This document shows positions 1 through 13,141 of a stretch of DNA of 64,000 nucleotides, in pieces. The stretch comes from Eledone cirrhosa (taxonomy: Eukaryota), in the NCBI GenBank assembly GCA_964016885.1, contig OZ024743.1:313286001-313350000 (forward strand), in the 5' to 3' direction. The position numbers and the translations under genes are program-made. The notes beneath the pieces are model-generated. The model saw nothing but the letters and a program-made list of their open reading frames with translations, was not told where the DNA came from and did no database searches. Every line of letters begins with the position of its first letter. Position 1 is the stretch's first letter.

Positions 1-790
1 TAAAAATCATATGTTTTTCCACATATATATATAAACATTTGGATATATATATTAAAAACGTTTGAAGATATACAAATATAATAATATTGGAAGGTATGAA
101 AATAATGGTTTTTCTATATCTTTCAAAGGAATTTTCAAATGATTTTTCCTAAAACCTTCCGTAAGTTTTTCAAGAAAAATTTTTCTTAAAGGAGTTTCAA
201 GCAGTCATATAAAAAAATTCAAGCAGTCATAAAAAAATTTCAACCAGTCATATAAAAATTTTTTATAAAATATTTTATATTTTATAATCTATCGATAGGT
301 GTAATAATATAAAGTATATAGTATATATATATATATGAGGTAGAGATAATAGAAAGTAAATTAAATATATATGAATCATATATAGATATAGAAAACATTA
401 TGTAATGGAGATAAATTATATATTACATTTTATATATATATTTAAAAGTTGAGTTTAAACGATGTTTACAGGAACTAAATAAATTATTTCGCAAATTAAT
501 AGAGTTCTTACTTTTTAGTATAAAGAATATTTCTTCAACGCAAAGTGAGACATTTTTGGATAAAGCAGTGTATGAAGGAGCTTTGGAAATAATTTTCCAA
601 AGTAAAAAATAGTTAATATTCTTGGATTTTAAGTCCCATAATAAGTTAGATAGAGAAGTTGAAGATTTTTTTACCAATATTCGTAAAGGAACATTTATGG
701 TTATTAAAACGAGATTTGAAGTCTGTGGAAGTAGAGCCGACATAGTGAAAGGAGTTTTCATTTGTTTTGACATTATAATTGTATACTATA
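1..790 (-). mobile_element. 3' end of a Penelope-like element (GIY-YIG endonuclease C-terminus 423-790 plus AT-rich 3' region)
   Basis: ORF 423-773(-) SSTSLSNLLWDLK...CVEEIFFILKSKNSINLRNNLFSSCKHR closely matches the C-terminus of the PLE ORF at 33380-35023. Confidence 0.85.
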
Positions 791-799
791 TTTTTAAGA

Positions 800-2440
800 A
801 AACACTCTGGGAAATCACATCCCAAGTAATTAACTGGTTTACTAATATTAGAAATAAATCATCTGCTTCATTTCTACAATTTGATATAGATGCTTATTAT
901 TCCTCTATATCACCCATACTCCTGAACAAAGCCTTGATATTTGCCAAAAATAGATCAAACTTAACTATGGATGACATTAATATTATCACGCACGCTAGAC
1001 AAACACTACTGGAATTTCAGAATGAATACTGGACCAGAAATACATATAGTAATCTCTTCGACATTACTATGGGCACTAGTGATTCTGCTCAAATTACCGA
1101 TCTTGTGGGCCTCTTTCTTTTATTTAACATAAATTCTTCTTTTCCCCACCTTAAAGGTGGTTTATATCGTGATAACTGTCTTCTTCTTTCCACTAATCTT
1201 AGCCTATCAGAAATTGAAAAAAAAAAAAAAACTTATTAGAACTTTCCTCAAAGACTATTACAATCTCACTATTACATTTGAAAACACCAGTAAAATAGTT
1301 AATTTCCTAGATATAACTTTAGTTTTATCTACTGATACCTTACCATAAACCTAACCAAAACTTACATTATATACACTAATAATCCAATCACCCTAGATCC
1401 ATCCTTAAAAACCTAGCATGTAATATCTCACTCAGAATCTCTAACCTTTCATCTAACCAGGATGTATTCGATAAAAATGCGCCCTTTTATAACGAAGCTT
1501 TAGCTAGAAGCGGCCACAAAAACAAATTAGTCTATATACCTTGCACCAATAATACTTCAAACATACAACCCAATATTACGAACAAACACCAAATGAAAAA
1601 CCCACACCTAAATGCCACTCACACTACACCCCAAAATACCAACCTAAAACTTAATTTCTCTACCTCTTCTCACATAAAATATAATGACTTTCAAAAAACG
1701 ATTCATCCTAATACTCCAATATATGTTAACAACATTACTAACAACATTCCTAATAATCAGACTAAAACACCTAAATCAGTTAATCTAACTAACCTATATA
1801 TAATAAATTCACTAATAGTAAGTCTCTTAGTAAACATCCGGATACATCGTATAAATATAAAAAACAATATCGAAACCGTAATAGACGGGTTACTTGGTAT
1901 AATGCACTATTTAATCTACAAATTAAAGATAATATCCTTAAAAAAGTTTTTACTATCCTAGAGAAAAACTTCCCGCCAAACCATAAATACCATCAAATTT
2001 TAAATAGATCAACTGTCAAATTTTCCTACTCCACTACCAAAAATATACAACAAAATATAAGTGCGTACAACGCATATAAATGTAAAAAAGCCCACGAATA
2101 TACCACCAACACATCAAACCAACCATAATACTAAAATAAACCTTAACAAACCACCATCTCCTTCACATATAACAAGTCGAGTAAATACCGCACCAAATTT
2201 GACTAACTCCCCTGATATAATATTCACGAATGGTTGTAACTGTAGAAACAAAAGAGATTGCCCATTAAAGGGAAATTGTCTTATTAATAAAATAGTCTAT
2301 AAATGTAAAATTAGCACTAAGGACTCCACTTATTCATATATAGGAGCTACGTCTACCCAATTTAAAGTAAGATTTAATACCCACAAACATAGTTTTAAAA
2401 ATGCCGCATTAGCTAATACAACATCCTTGGCTGAAACAAT
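800..2440 (+). pseudogene. Degenerate Penelope-like RT + Cys linker + GIY-YIG (Hydra-type architecture), frameshifted, 3'-truncated by a SINE
   Basis: FDIDAYYSSI, ITMGTSDSAQITDLVGL, GGLYRDN, VNFLDITL, CNCRNKRDCPLKGNC, IVYKC...YIGAT across ORFs 622-1239, 1157-1348 and 2061-2471. Confidence 0.9.
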
Positions 2441-2449
2441 TAATAATTA

Positions 2450-2570
2450 TAGCGTGTGGCTGAGTGGTTAGAGAATTGGATTCGCAATCGTGAGGTTGTG
2501 AGTTCAATTCCTGGACCGGGCGATACGTTATGTCCTTGAGCAAGACATTTTATTTCACGTTGCTGCTTCT
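2450..2570 (+). mobile_element. tRNA-derived SINE with CORE-like domain
   Basis: A box TGGCTGAGTGG, B box GAGTTCAATTCC, then GTCCTTGAGCAAGACATTTTATTTCACGTTGCT resembling the CORE domain. Confidence 0.75.
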
Positions 2571-2686
2571 ACCTGGAGTTGCGACCGATAGATAGTATTA
2601 GGAATTGGAAAGACCAACGGAAACATTGTTTCCTCGGTCCGATTTGATGAAAGTCGATCGTTCCTAAAAATATATATATATATATT

Positions 2687-2932
2687 ATTAGAAATGTAAG
2701 CTATCGGCGTATTTTGACTAAAGAAATTAAAGAAATTATTTAGCCTGATAGTGGGGTTAAGAACCCTCGGAGAAATTTAAAAAGATGAGAATTGACGTAC
2801 ATGGGGTGTCCCATATACGTCAGTACTCATCTTTCTCCATTTCTCAGAGGGTTCTTAAACCCACTATCAGGGTAAATAATTTCTTTAATTTCTTTAGTCA
2901 AAATACGGCGATAGCTTACATTTCTAATAATT
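2687..2932. repeat. Fold-back element (~95 bp inverted arms) between (TA)n tracts
   Basis: ATTAGAAATGTAAGCTATCG...CCCTCGGAGAAAT (2687-2777) is the reverse complement of ~2839-2930. Confidence 0.85.
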
Positions 2933-2970
2933 TCAAACCAACTCGCTGTTTCGAAAATATCCTTATATAC

Positions 2971-3028
<58 letters not shown>

Positions 3029-3029
3029 T

Positions 3030-3333
3030 TCGATTTTTAATTTGTTTTGTAAGATTTCTTATCTGAAAACGTGTGTTGAAACATATGGGAAGGTTATTAT
3101 CTGTCTCTCATTTGTTCTGTCCTATACCAAGATGGTGTAGGATAGAACAAAGGAGAGACGCAAAATAAAAACCCAGTCATTGAGGAGGTCACACAATGTG
3201 TGACGAAAGAGCTTTAACAGTATATAAACAACCATCCGGTTATCGAACGAACCAACCAACCGGAAATTCACAATAAATTGAAGTGAAAACCAATAGGTGC
3301 GTGTGTTTTTATTGGCATCATGACTCTCCGAAA
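3030..3333. mobile_element. PLE terminal-repeat (pLTR) fragment, family D, head-to-head, with degenerate HHR at 3176-3218(+)
   Basis: Homologous to 36115-36425 and 36770-37035; flanked by (TA)n. Confidence 0.75.
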
Positions 3334-3949
3334 GTATATATATATATGTGTGTATGTGTCTGTGTGTGTGTGTATGTATATATATATATATATCTTTCCG
3401 TTGATCTAACCAATAGAACACTCATTGTCTGTACCCGACTATTTCTATATAAACATTAGTGATATAGTGGTAGGTATTGTTGTTTAATCACTGATCCCTC
3501 CTTATTCAGTCGATCTATTATCAAAGACTTTCTCTTCATGACGAACCTCATCAATTTAGAGTCACATCACCGTCTTATTGTGTGAATTCCTCATTTAAAA
3601 CGGTAGTTTGCACATTTTGTGGGAAATTTGACTACTAATTCTAGAGAATTTTTCAGCATTCACCCAAAGGAACCTTCTTTAGAGATACAATGAGTTTGTT
3701 GCTAACTGGTAACGCATACCTAGCCACCGGGTTCAAAGATAAATCTGTTATATCTATGCTAATGTGTCTGGGAGGTTCGGCTGTTATTTCTAGTGACTTT
3801 GAAGTGGTTACTAAAAAGGTTACCTCTTTTACGGACACAGCAAGCGAGTATGTTGCTAATGAAAACTATAGGAAAGGAACCGATCATCAGATCGGACCAA
3901 TGAACAAAGTTTGCATTAATCTTTCCATTCATGACATTATGTACCCGTC

Positions 3950-4078
3950 GCAACTCTTAGCCGAAAGAACAACATGCGCGAAGTAGTGTTATTTGTTCAA
4001 GAACACCACGCGCTTCTCGATCCAGGAATCGAAACTATGACTTTATGGTCATGAGTTTAACATCGTAACCACTAGATG
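3950..4078 (-). mobile_element. Degenerate tRNA-derived CORE-like SINE
   Basis: Reverse complement reads CTAGTGGTTACG...GTTTCGATTCCTGGATCG...GTGTTCTTGAACAAATAACACT, similar to 2450 and 21995. Confidence 0.6.
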
Positions 4079-7000
4079 GATCTACCTTTCTTGCTAACTT
4101 GTGACTTATATCCAACCACCGGGTTTAAAGATTCACGTGTCATATCAACACTGAAGTGTTTCTGACTCATTACTTGGGATGATTAATTATAAATAATGAT
4201 AGAAACACTTCTCTGACCTCAGTCTTCATCTTTTCATTTCTATCAAAAATGTCAAGTTTGGTCAAATACAACTTCACTTTACATGATTTATTATTTATAT
4301 TGCTAGAATAATCTTTTACAATTGTCAAGCTAATTTTCTTTCAACAACACAATTTTCAGTGACAAAAAGAAAAACAAAACAGCTGTTGGTGAAAGAAATG
4401 AGAAGGGCTATAATTCTACACCATGGGCTGGTTAGTATATTTCAACTGCGACGCATCCAGCATACAAAATGGCGGAAGTGTTGCCGTGTAGATCAGCCAG
4501 CGATATTCGTTGTATCAGCCATTCCAATCCATTGGATTAATACTATTTCCTTGGCTGGACGATTATCTCAGCTGTATTCCGGGGACAATATGGCAAAAGA
4601 ATTACCACTGAGAACAGTTAGTGCCATCTGCAGCCTTAGCTATTCCACCACACGGATCTTCTTCCTCAGGCTTGATGGTACAATCATACCATTTGGCAGA
4701 GGAAAGCGGTAGTCTTGAACAAGCGAGCATTAGATGTCTGAATAGTGACCAACTCTAAAAGTAATCAGTCTATCCAATGCCTGTTATTTATTTATCTTAT
4801 GCACCTCTGTAAAAGTCCAGAAACCGAGGACATCGGAAGGAACGATGGTATCTGACACACAGACACACACACACACACACACACGACGCGCGCGCGCACT
4901 CTCTCTCTCTCCCTCTCTCTCTCTCTCTTACACACAATAAACAATATAAGAAAAAATCGATCAATTAACAACTGATATTTTTTTACTTTATGAGACCTCA
5001 GCAATGCTTTTGTCTTTGTTAGTTTCCTCGTGCTTCGATACGAAAGTGGAAAGCAGATGTAGAGAGAGGTCGGTGGATGGTTTTGTTTGCAAATATTTAG
5101 TACTCAATTGTAAATGAAATATTAAACATGGCGGTGAACCACAAGAGAGAAAGAATTTAATCAAGTCACACATGTAACAAAAGACAAAAGAATATTAATA
5201 ACAGAAGAAATGGCAACAACAAAAACAGTCACAATAACATCAACAACAATAACAACACATACTTCAAGAGAAAGGACAGAATAACAAATGCAACAACTCC
5301 ATAAAGTGATCATGATCATGAAAACCAACAATGCTAAATATCAGTACAACCTAGATAACCATATTTCAAAGCGATCTGGTTTGAAGAATAAAATAAAATA
5401 GAGAGATTTTTTTTATTCATTGTCCATATTTGAATTAACACTAGAACTAGAATGTACTTCACAATCGTATTTCAATTAAACAATTTTGAGAAATAAACAA
5501 AACAATTATATCATGGATGAGATGATTTTGCTATTTGAAAAGTAAAAAAAAAAAAAGATTAAAAGTGCAAATGCTGTTATATTTGCTTTTCATTTATTTT
5601 TTCTCATCAAAACTTTCGTCTCACCATTGTGACATTGTCAGTGATGCCACAAAATAAACTGAAAGAGAATATAACAAATTTAGTGTGTTATTTAAATGGC
5701 TAATTAGGATGATTGTTTTATGATTTAATTGCTTCAGTTTCAACAAACTGTTTCATATCGACTCACTTGTCAAACAAATAAAACACTTAACAGGGTTCGT
5801 TAGATATAGAATAAATGACTGGATGAATGCTATGTGTAGAACGAGAAGAATAATTTACAATAGCACAAATATGTAATCGATTTTTTGTATTTTACAAAGG
5901 ATTACACTGAGTCACATCAGACCAAGAATTATAAAAAAAAAATAAGATGTGTTCATTGGATTGGAAATAGAATAACATAGTCAATAATCCATGTATCATA
6001 CTTTTTATAATTTGTGTGTCTGTGTTTGTCAACGTTATTCTCATGGGGAGAAACTGTATAGAACAGAGAGAAAGTGTGTGGGAGAAAATTGAAAGTATGC
6101 GTATGAGGAGGGACTCAGATTAGAATAATGGCAAGTCCCATAAAAATCAAAGGGATTACACTATTTAAAAAAAAGTCTAGCCATTGTATAACAATTGCCT
6201 GGTTGCACCGAAATAAACATCGTTAACAGGGTAGTTTGATTAACTACCGATTGGATATATTTTGTTATACTTTAGCCAATCAATAGTACTTTAAAAATGT
6301 ATGTATAGGAGTTCCAACCCTATATGCTTGAATGAGTTACTATGTTGCTAGAGCTTAAGTAAATCTATTCTACATGCCCCCACAATAAATGAAACTTAAG
6401 GGTTAGTTCGCCTCGTGGTACCGACGGAGAGGCTGGAGAAGAGATTGCCCCAGAGGGTGGCGAGAGGAATGCACTGGAACAGCCACTTTATCTCGCGGGA
6501 CTCGCACCTGTGGGCAGCCAACTCCCCTCCGATAGCAGTGAGTAGAGATGTGCCCGGAGGACAGGCACACCAGAAGTATTCACTGTCATAGGCTTAACCA
6601 CAAACCTATCAGAGAGCAACCGATATTTGAACAGTTTGCCATCTTCCGCTAGTAGCCAAACGCACCAGTTTGCCGCTAGAGAAGGTGTCACAACATGTGT
6701 CATACTACATGAAGGGCCTATCCTTGCGGAACGGGATGATTGTCATCCATTTTGTTCACTGGTTTATTAATCTACATTCTTATGATCTGAACAAAACTCT
6801 TTGTAGCGTTTCCTTAGGTCACATGACTTCGCAGCAGTCAGATGATGGAAACATAAATACGTAAGAGATAGATTTCGTAAAATTAAAGAATGACAGATTT
6901 ATATTTGGTTTGAGAAATCTGGTTTCGATGTTTATTAGGTAATGTTGGTTATGTTTTTATTATACAGTGGAACCAGGAAATGAAAGAGCAGTGTCCATAG

Positions 7001-7409
7001 CCACTCTTTTCTTGTTTTAAAGACTAAGGTGCGATTTGAAAGAGAATTGTCAGCTATTTCTATAAAATATAACGAAAAGACCTTCCTCTTCGAAGATATC
7101 CCACCAGTATGGCCATAGCCAAACTAGTGAAATCATTAAATCAGTAAAAGAGAGAAGTAATTTGAACAAATATTAATTATGTATAAAATAAAAGACAATC
7201 CAAAAAACACAAACATTTTAATGATGAAAATAATGTCAAAATTATGTGTAAAACAGATTATTTGTGGCTGATGCAGTTGGAATTCGGCACTCGACAATTA
7301 GATAAAAATATTTGTGGTGTCAGTAATAATTTGTGGCATATAATAATTGAATGATCTCATTAACTGATTGCTGCATCTACAATAATTATGTTACCTACTA
7401 CATTAATTG

Positions 7410-7568
7410 TTTCTACTTTTGGCATGTATTACTGGTACTTTATTTTATCGACCCCGTAAGGATGAAAGGCAAAGTTAACCTCGGCGGGATTTAAACTCAG
7501 AATGGCAAGGGCCGTAATTCTATGCGTCAAAGCATGGCGTCCGACCCTCAACCGATACTGCCAATCCC
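7410..7568 (-). mobile_element. tRNA-head SINE with Nin/Deu-like domain (multi-copy family)
   Basis: Reverse complement has TGGCAGTATCGG (A box), GAGTTTAAATCCC (B box) and GCCTTTCATCCTTACGGGGTCGATAAAATAAAGTACCAG; near-identical copy at 56765-56950. Confidence 0.8.
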
Positions 7569-8150
7569 TACTACATTAATGTGAACTGAACACAAATACG
7601 TTGACAAACTATATGTGTTTAAAATAACACACACACACACAATCACACACACACATACACACACAAGCACATATATATATATATATATATTTATAGATAT
7701 TTGAGAAAAAAGCACACGTGCATATTCAGTCAGCCATATATATAAATATATATATATATACGTCATCGGTATTTCTAGCCACTCTTGGTTGCCCACTTCT
7801 TGCTTCCTCTCGTTCTCCACATGTCAATCAAAATTTCTTCATGTATCAGAATTACTACTGTGGTGGGAAAGGGGCTGTAATCTTGGCATCACTTGGACGT
7901 CTTCATTGCCCCGAGGCGTCTTAGTCTACATCGGTCAGGTACACACCCGCAATTATGCTGTTTGCGGCATTCATCATAAATAATGTTTTGCGGGAATTTA
8001 AAAAAAAAAAAAAAAATCATGGGGATATTTAGCGTAACATTAGTAGGACAAGCCTTAGGATACACTCCGCCATACATATTTCAAAAAGACAAGGAAAAAG
8101 AGAAAGAAAGAACCAGTAGTAAGAACGTTTTTTAAAAATATATATATATG

Positions 8151-8665
8151 GATTGGTGCTCTGAAATAGCGATGTATACATGAATGTATGTATAGTATAT
8201 TTGGCAATATACCGTATGTTTAATTAATCTCTCCCTTCTTTCGCCGAAAAGAAGTAAGTGACATAGTCACTACTTAAAAACCGACAGCGTATGGCCTTCA
8301 AAATGTTTTTAATTAAACATACGATATATTGCCAAATATACTATACATACGTTCATGTATACATCGCTATTTCAGAGCACCAATTCTAATACATAATTTT
8401 TGCTGGACCAGCAATCGCTCTGTATAATCAGCTCCTGATTATTACTGGAATTCTATAAGAATCCAGCTTCTATAATTTTCGGCTGAAGCAGGAAGTGCGA
8501 GGCTCTGATGATCACGAAACAGCGTGAAACAGACTGTTAGCTTCTCTCCTTTCTTTCGCCGAAATGAAGTAAGTGACATATTCACTACTTTAAAACCGAT
8601 AACGTATGGTCTTCAAAATGTTTTTAATTAAACATACGGTATATTGCCAAATATATTATACATAC
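8151..8665 (+). mobile_element. Non-coding HHR-containing tandem unit (315 nt period, ~1.4 copies) with inverted 5' piece, between (TA)n tracts
   Basis: 8228-8350 repeats at 8543-8665; 8151-8227 is the reverse complement of ~8309-8386; HHR-like motif at 8499-8544. Confidence 0.75.
8499..8544 (+). ncRNA. Minimal hammerhead-like motif (atypical stem II junction, GUU triplet)
   Basis: GAGGCU-CUGAUGA-UCACGAAACAGCGU-GAAA-CAGACUG-UU-AGCUUC; stem I GAGGCU/AGCUUC. Confidence 0.55.
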
Positions 8666-8737
8666 ATTTATATATATATATATATATATATGGAGAAGAA
8701 GTTTATGAAATGGAAATGCGGGTATACAGAATTTATT

Positions 8738-8854
8738 AGGTAACAATTGTTTCTATAGTGTATGGGTTACCTATACCTCGCTATTTGAATAATATAAAAA
8801 TATTATCATAAACCGAAGGTACACTGTAAGCAAACACACTATGTCGTCAGACCT
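8738..8854 (-). ncRNA. Hammerhead ribozyme with large stem II insertion (copy 1)
   Basis: Reverse complement AGGU-CUGACGA-CAUAGUGUG...UACACUAUA-GAAA-CAAUUG-UU-ACCU. Confidence 0.7.
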
Positions 8855-10259
8855 TTGTATTGGAATGATATGAAAATATTTTATACACTAGATAAAAGAG
8901 AAAGAAGGAGGTAGGAAGAGAAGGGGAAGAGGGAAGTGAGTAAGGGGGGGAGGAGTCCTAGGATTTAAGACTGTCAGACTAGTAGAGATTGTGAGGAGAG
9001 AATGTTTTGGCAGCAGTTAGCTTAATGAGGCGTGTTAGGGTTGGCGGGGGAAGTAAATTCTTCTAGTGGTGTTGTTCGGACAAAATTTAGTTAAAGGGGT
9101 CAAAGAGGTACAGAGTTACAGACAAGTTATTGGGGCTATTATAGTAGCAGGTTATTTCTAAAGGGGTCCAGAAAACAGTGTTTAGTACTATTATTATAGA
9201 AAGCCATATCTTGTGTATAAACATATAAAACAGAAATTTGCAAACGGTGGTGTAAAAAGGTAACATTATATGCATTTAAAAAAAGAAAAAGTCGTTTTCA
9301 GACGATGTTTACAGTATAGTGAACGTTCAATTTTGCTGTTCAAAAGTTTGTTTACCGACGTTAAAAATGTAGTATATCTCCAAATTGCATAACTTGCAGA
9401 ATCGATGATTTTGCTTATATGCAGGCGCAACTGAAATAATTTGCCAATCAAGGGAGAATGCTTGATTGTTCCTCCGGTTGCCAGGCTTTATCGGCGAGGG
9501 TTGTTACGGAGCGCATTTTCTCGTGCCTGATCGAAGATCGATGTTGGTATAGGCGAGCTTTGAAAGAAGTTGCGGTACATCCGACGTAATACCATTTGTT
9601 GGTTCCGGAATTTATTGTACATCGGTAGACAATATTGCGTGCTAGGCACTGGTTATTCAGTGGGCACGTACCTGGTTTGGTGCAGTTACAATTATTTTTA
9701 TGTTTTGCAGTAGAATCCTGGATAGTTTGGTGGGTTGTAGTTGCGTGTTGGTGCGTTGTATGTTGCTATGCTGGTGCGCTGAGTCATTAGGGATGTACTT
9801 ATTTAGTATTGCTGAGTTGAGTTTTTTAATTAGTTGTTCTATGTTAAGTGCAGTGGAGTATGAGAGTCTAATGGTGCGCGAGTTAAAGATTTTATAGTAT
9901 TTATGTGAAGTTGTAAAGTGTTTATTGATTAGTGTATAGAATTGTGAGATAATCTTAGTGCTAATAGAAGTATTGTACACGGGGTTATACCATATGTACT
10001 CTCTACGTCTGACTCTATTTGCTGGTTTGCACCTATTAGTATGCCTATTGATGTGTGTGTGTGGTGCAATACTAGTTCGACTTAGATGTGTTTTATTCAT
10101 AGTACTTATGTGGTTATCGTCTATATATTCTATTTTCTCGCAGTAACCAGCTTTTCTAAGTGCGTCATTATAATATTCAGCATGCTCGTTGAAGGTCTGC
10201 AAATTAGACGACAGTCGGGAGATCCTTATGGATATATTTTTAGGGATAGATTTAATAAT

Positions 10260-10367
10260 TGTTTCTACGTTAGGCACAAGGCCAGCAATGACCCAGTGTA
10301 TTACTGGTACTTTATTTTATCGACCCCGTAAGGATGAAAGGCAAAGTTAACCTCGGCGGGATTTGTG
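10260..10367 (-). mobile_element. 5'-truncated Nin/Deu-like SINE inserted in the PLE RT, with 12-bp target-site duplication
   Basis: AGATTTAATAAT at 10248-10259 and 10368-10379; the PLE frame HSIIKS|IPKNIS resumes across the insert. Confidence 0.85.
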
Positions 10368-10765
10368 AGATTTAATAATGGAATGGGGATGGTTCAATTT
10401 TACATTAACGTACTTGAGATTTTCATTAAGTTTGTGAAATGGCTCTATATTACCGTTATTAAGGTTGAAGGTGACATTCAAGAAGTTGACCACCTTAAGA
10501 TTGTGTTCGAAGGTAATATTAAGCCCTAGTTCTAAGAAAAGTTTCCTAATGTTTTTACGTCGCCTTTCTAGGTTTTGTTTGTTCATATTCTTGACTAATA
10601 GAAGTGTATCGTCGCGGTAAATTCCGCCGTGGAGGTCCGTAAATTCTCTCTGGAGTCTGTGGGCTATATAAATCCCAACCAGATCCGTGACCTCCGCCGA
10701 ATCATTAGAACCCTTCTTTCTCTTTTATCTAGTGTATAAAATATTTTCATATCATTCCAATACAA

Positions 10766-10882
10766 AGGTCTGACGACATGGTGTGTTTGCTTACAGTGTA
10801 CCTTCGGTTTATGATAATATTTTTATATTATTCAAATAGCGAGGTATAGGTAACCCATACACTATAGAAACAATTGTTACCT
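10766..10882 (+). ncRNA. Hammerhead ribozyme with large stem II insertion (copy 2)
   Basis: AGGU-CUGACGA-CAUGGUGUG...UACACUAUA-GAAA-CAAUUG-UU-ACCU. Confidence 0.7.
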
Positions 10883-11033
10883 AATAAATTCTTTATACCC
10901 GCATTTCCATTTCATAAACTTCTTCTCCATATTTTCTCCAGATTTTAAAACACACTTTATTATACGTTGAGCAATCTCTGACGTCGGTTGACTCCATCCA
11001 ATGTAACTACTTAGTAACATTGGAATACAAATT

Positions 11034-11093
<60 letters not shown>

Positions 11094-11928
11094 TAAAATA
11101 ACAGATTAAAGTTTAAGCAAAGAATCGCTGCTTTCACCCTTAACGGGATCTTCTGAAACTAACAATGTCAATCTGTAAACGCAGAGGTGGATATTTCAAA
11201 AAACGTTGCAACCGGAGGAAGACAGGAAGACGATACTTTGGTTCGTGGAAACGTTCGCTAGCAAAGAACGGGAAAAAACGAATACGATACGTCATTAATA
11301 GGAGCGGTGAGTCCCCTCGTTATCGAGTATGACCATTGCACGAGATAATATTATTAATAATTATCAATTAATGCCTGTGCGTGAATATTTTTGTTTTAAA
11401 GTGAGGAAAGACTGTGCACTGAGCCAATCCCACTCCCCGAGCGACAGTAGCTAGCTATAACCCGAAAAGAAGAAAAAGATCAACATCATCGGTAATTACT
11501 GGGCCGCAGGTTTTGAGTCGGAGTTATCCCAGTTTCCTGAGTTGCCATCTCCTAGAAGAATGCCCTGACAAAGGCCAGGAGTCCTTCCATCCGAGTTGTT
11601 TAACCACGCGATCGGGTATCCAGCCCGATTATTTCTGTCACCGCGCATATACATACACATACATTATATGTATATACATATATACATATTTACACATTTT
11701 TGGTTGGTTGTTGACTCTTATGAGTTCTTTCGCCCTTTGTCAGGTTTTGTTTTTTGTCCTGCAGGGTGTCCAAAATCACGCTCCTTACCAAGTAAACTTG
11801 GTAGGGTTGCCGGTTTAGTCGACACTCCATTTTATAAATAAGCTAATTCATAGCATTTCCGCGCATGAGCACACAACTTTTATATTGACTTTATTCCCTC
11901 AGCGTTCCAGAAAATCTGAAAGATCGGC

Positions 11929-12065
<137 letters not shown>

Positions 12066-12089
12066 GCGTGTTATGTATGGTTCCGAGAG

Positions 12090-12490
12090 TGGGACAACAT
12101 GCTTTGCGGCATATAGTAACGTCCCGCTATTCAAATCCTGCTGTGGTTAGCTTGGCTGTTGATCCTTACACGATGATAAATTAAGGCACTAGTAATGCAC
12201 TGGGGTTGATTTAATCAAGTTTTCCCTTCCCCCAAATTGTTGACCTTGTACCTAAAGCAGAAACAATTATTCATTATTTATCAAGGGCGGTCGATTGGAA
12301 GTATCTTTAGAGCATCAGACAACATGTTTTTGGTATATAGTTACTTTCCGCTGTTCAAATCCCGCTCAGGTTAGCTTTGTCGTTGATCCTTATGGGGTCG
12401 TTAAAATACAGTACCAGTAACGTACTGGGGTCGATTTAATCGACTTTCCGTTCCTCTCAAATTGTAGGCCTTGTGATTACATCTGAAACC
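12090..12490 (+). mobile_element. Two tandem degenerate Nin/Deu-like SINE copies
   Basis: GTTCAAATCCCGC...GATCCTTATGGGGTCGTTAAAATACAGTACCAG-like motifs at ~12130-12270 and ~12350-12490. Confidence 0.65.
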
Positions 12491-13141
12491 GTTAACACTT
12501 CTGTATTAACAATGTTTTTGTTATTACTTTTACAGATTCTTGGGAAGAGCTTGTTTTAATTACTTGTCATCACAGATTATTATTTAGTTACAGTCGCAGC
12601 AATTAGTTTACTAAAGGTTAAGAGAACAATCTGTCCTTTTTTAATCCAATTGCTGTTATTAGGAAGGTATCGCGGCGAGATGAAGCCACGTTCCGTAGGA
12701 AGGTGTGAGACATGTAGAGTCATGTTAATGGTTTGCAATCTAGGAACAAAGCTAGCATTTTGTTTTGGCGTGGGGAAGGGTTAGGTAATGAAATAAACTT
12801 CCAGTACTTAAGTGATACTCTATTTTACTGAGCCCGAGAGGAAGAATGGTAAATTTGATTTCAGCGAGATCTGAACTTAGAGCATAAATGACTGTAACTA
12901 AAGGCCGCAAAGTAGATTTTTGTTTGACATTCTTACGACTCCCCCCATCCAATGCGTTTATAGTATAATGTTAATGAGGATTATCAATAAACTGACACCG
13001 AGGAAGATCACAGATACGTGTACCCTTAATATAAATCTCAGGTGGATTCAGCATGACGCAGTTTGTGAAAAGATTAACTTCTGCAACGAACTTTTCATTC
13101 ACCTAGTTATACCCACAAAACCCGGATCAAACCAAGGCTAC

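Larger units (their letters stand above)
8692..11036 (-). mobile_element. 5'-truncated Penelope-like element (RT C-half + GIY-YIG) with 3' terminal repeat 8692-8920 and inverted copy 10710-10930 plus ~105 nt extension
   Basis: GSNDSAEVTDLVG, GGIYRDD, VVNFLNVTFNL, IWYNP, ERSLYCKHR on the minus strand; ~225 bp inverted repeat; (TA)n at both ends. Confidence 0.9.

Noticed and set aside
622-800. N-terminal part of ORF 622-1239 as part of the RT
   Set aside because: It is the antisense strand of the adjacent inverted GIY-YIG fragment
5605-5646. HHR-like motif on the minus strand (CAUCA-CUGACAA...GAAA-GUUU-UGAUG)
   Set aside because: G8 mutated with C3 retained and stem III too short; probably a decayed relic, not called
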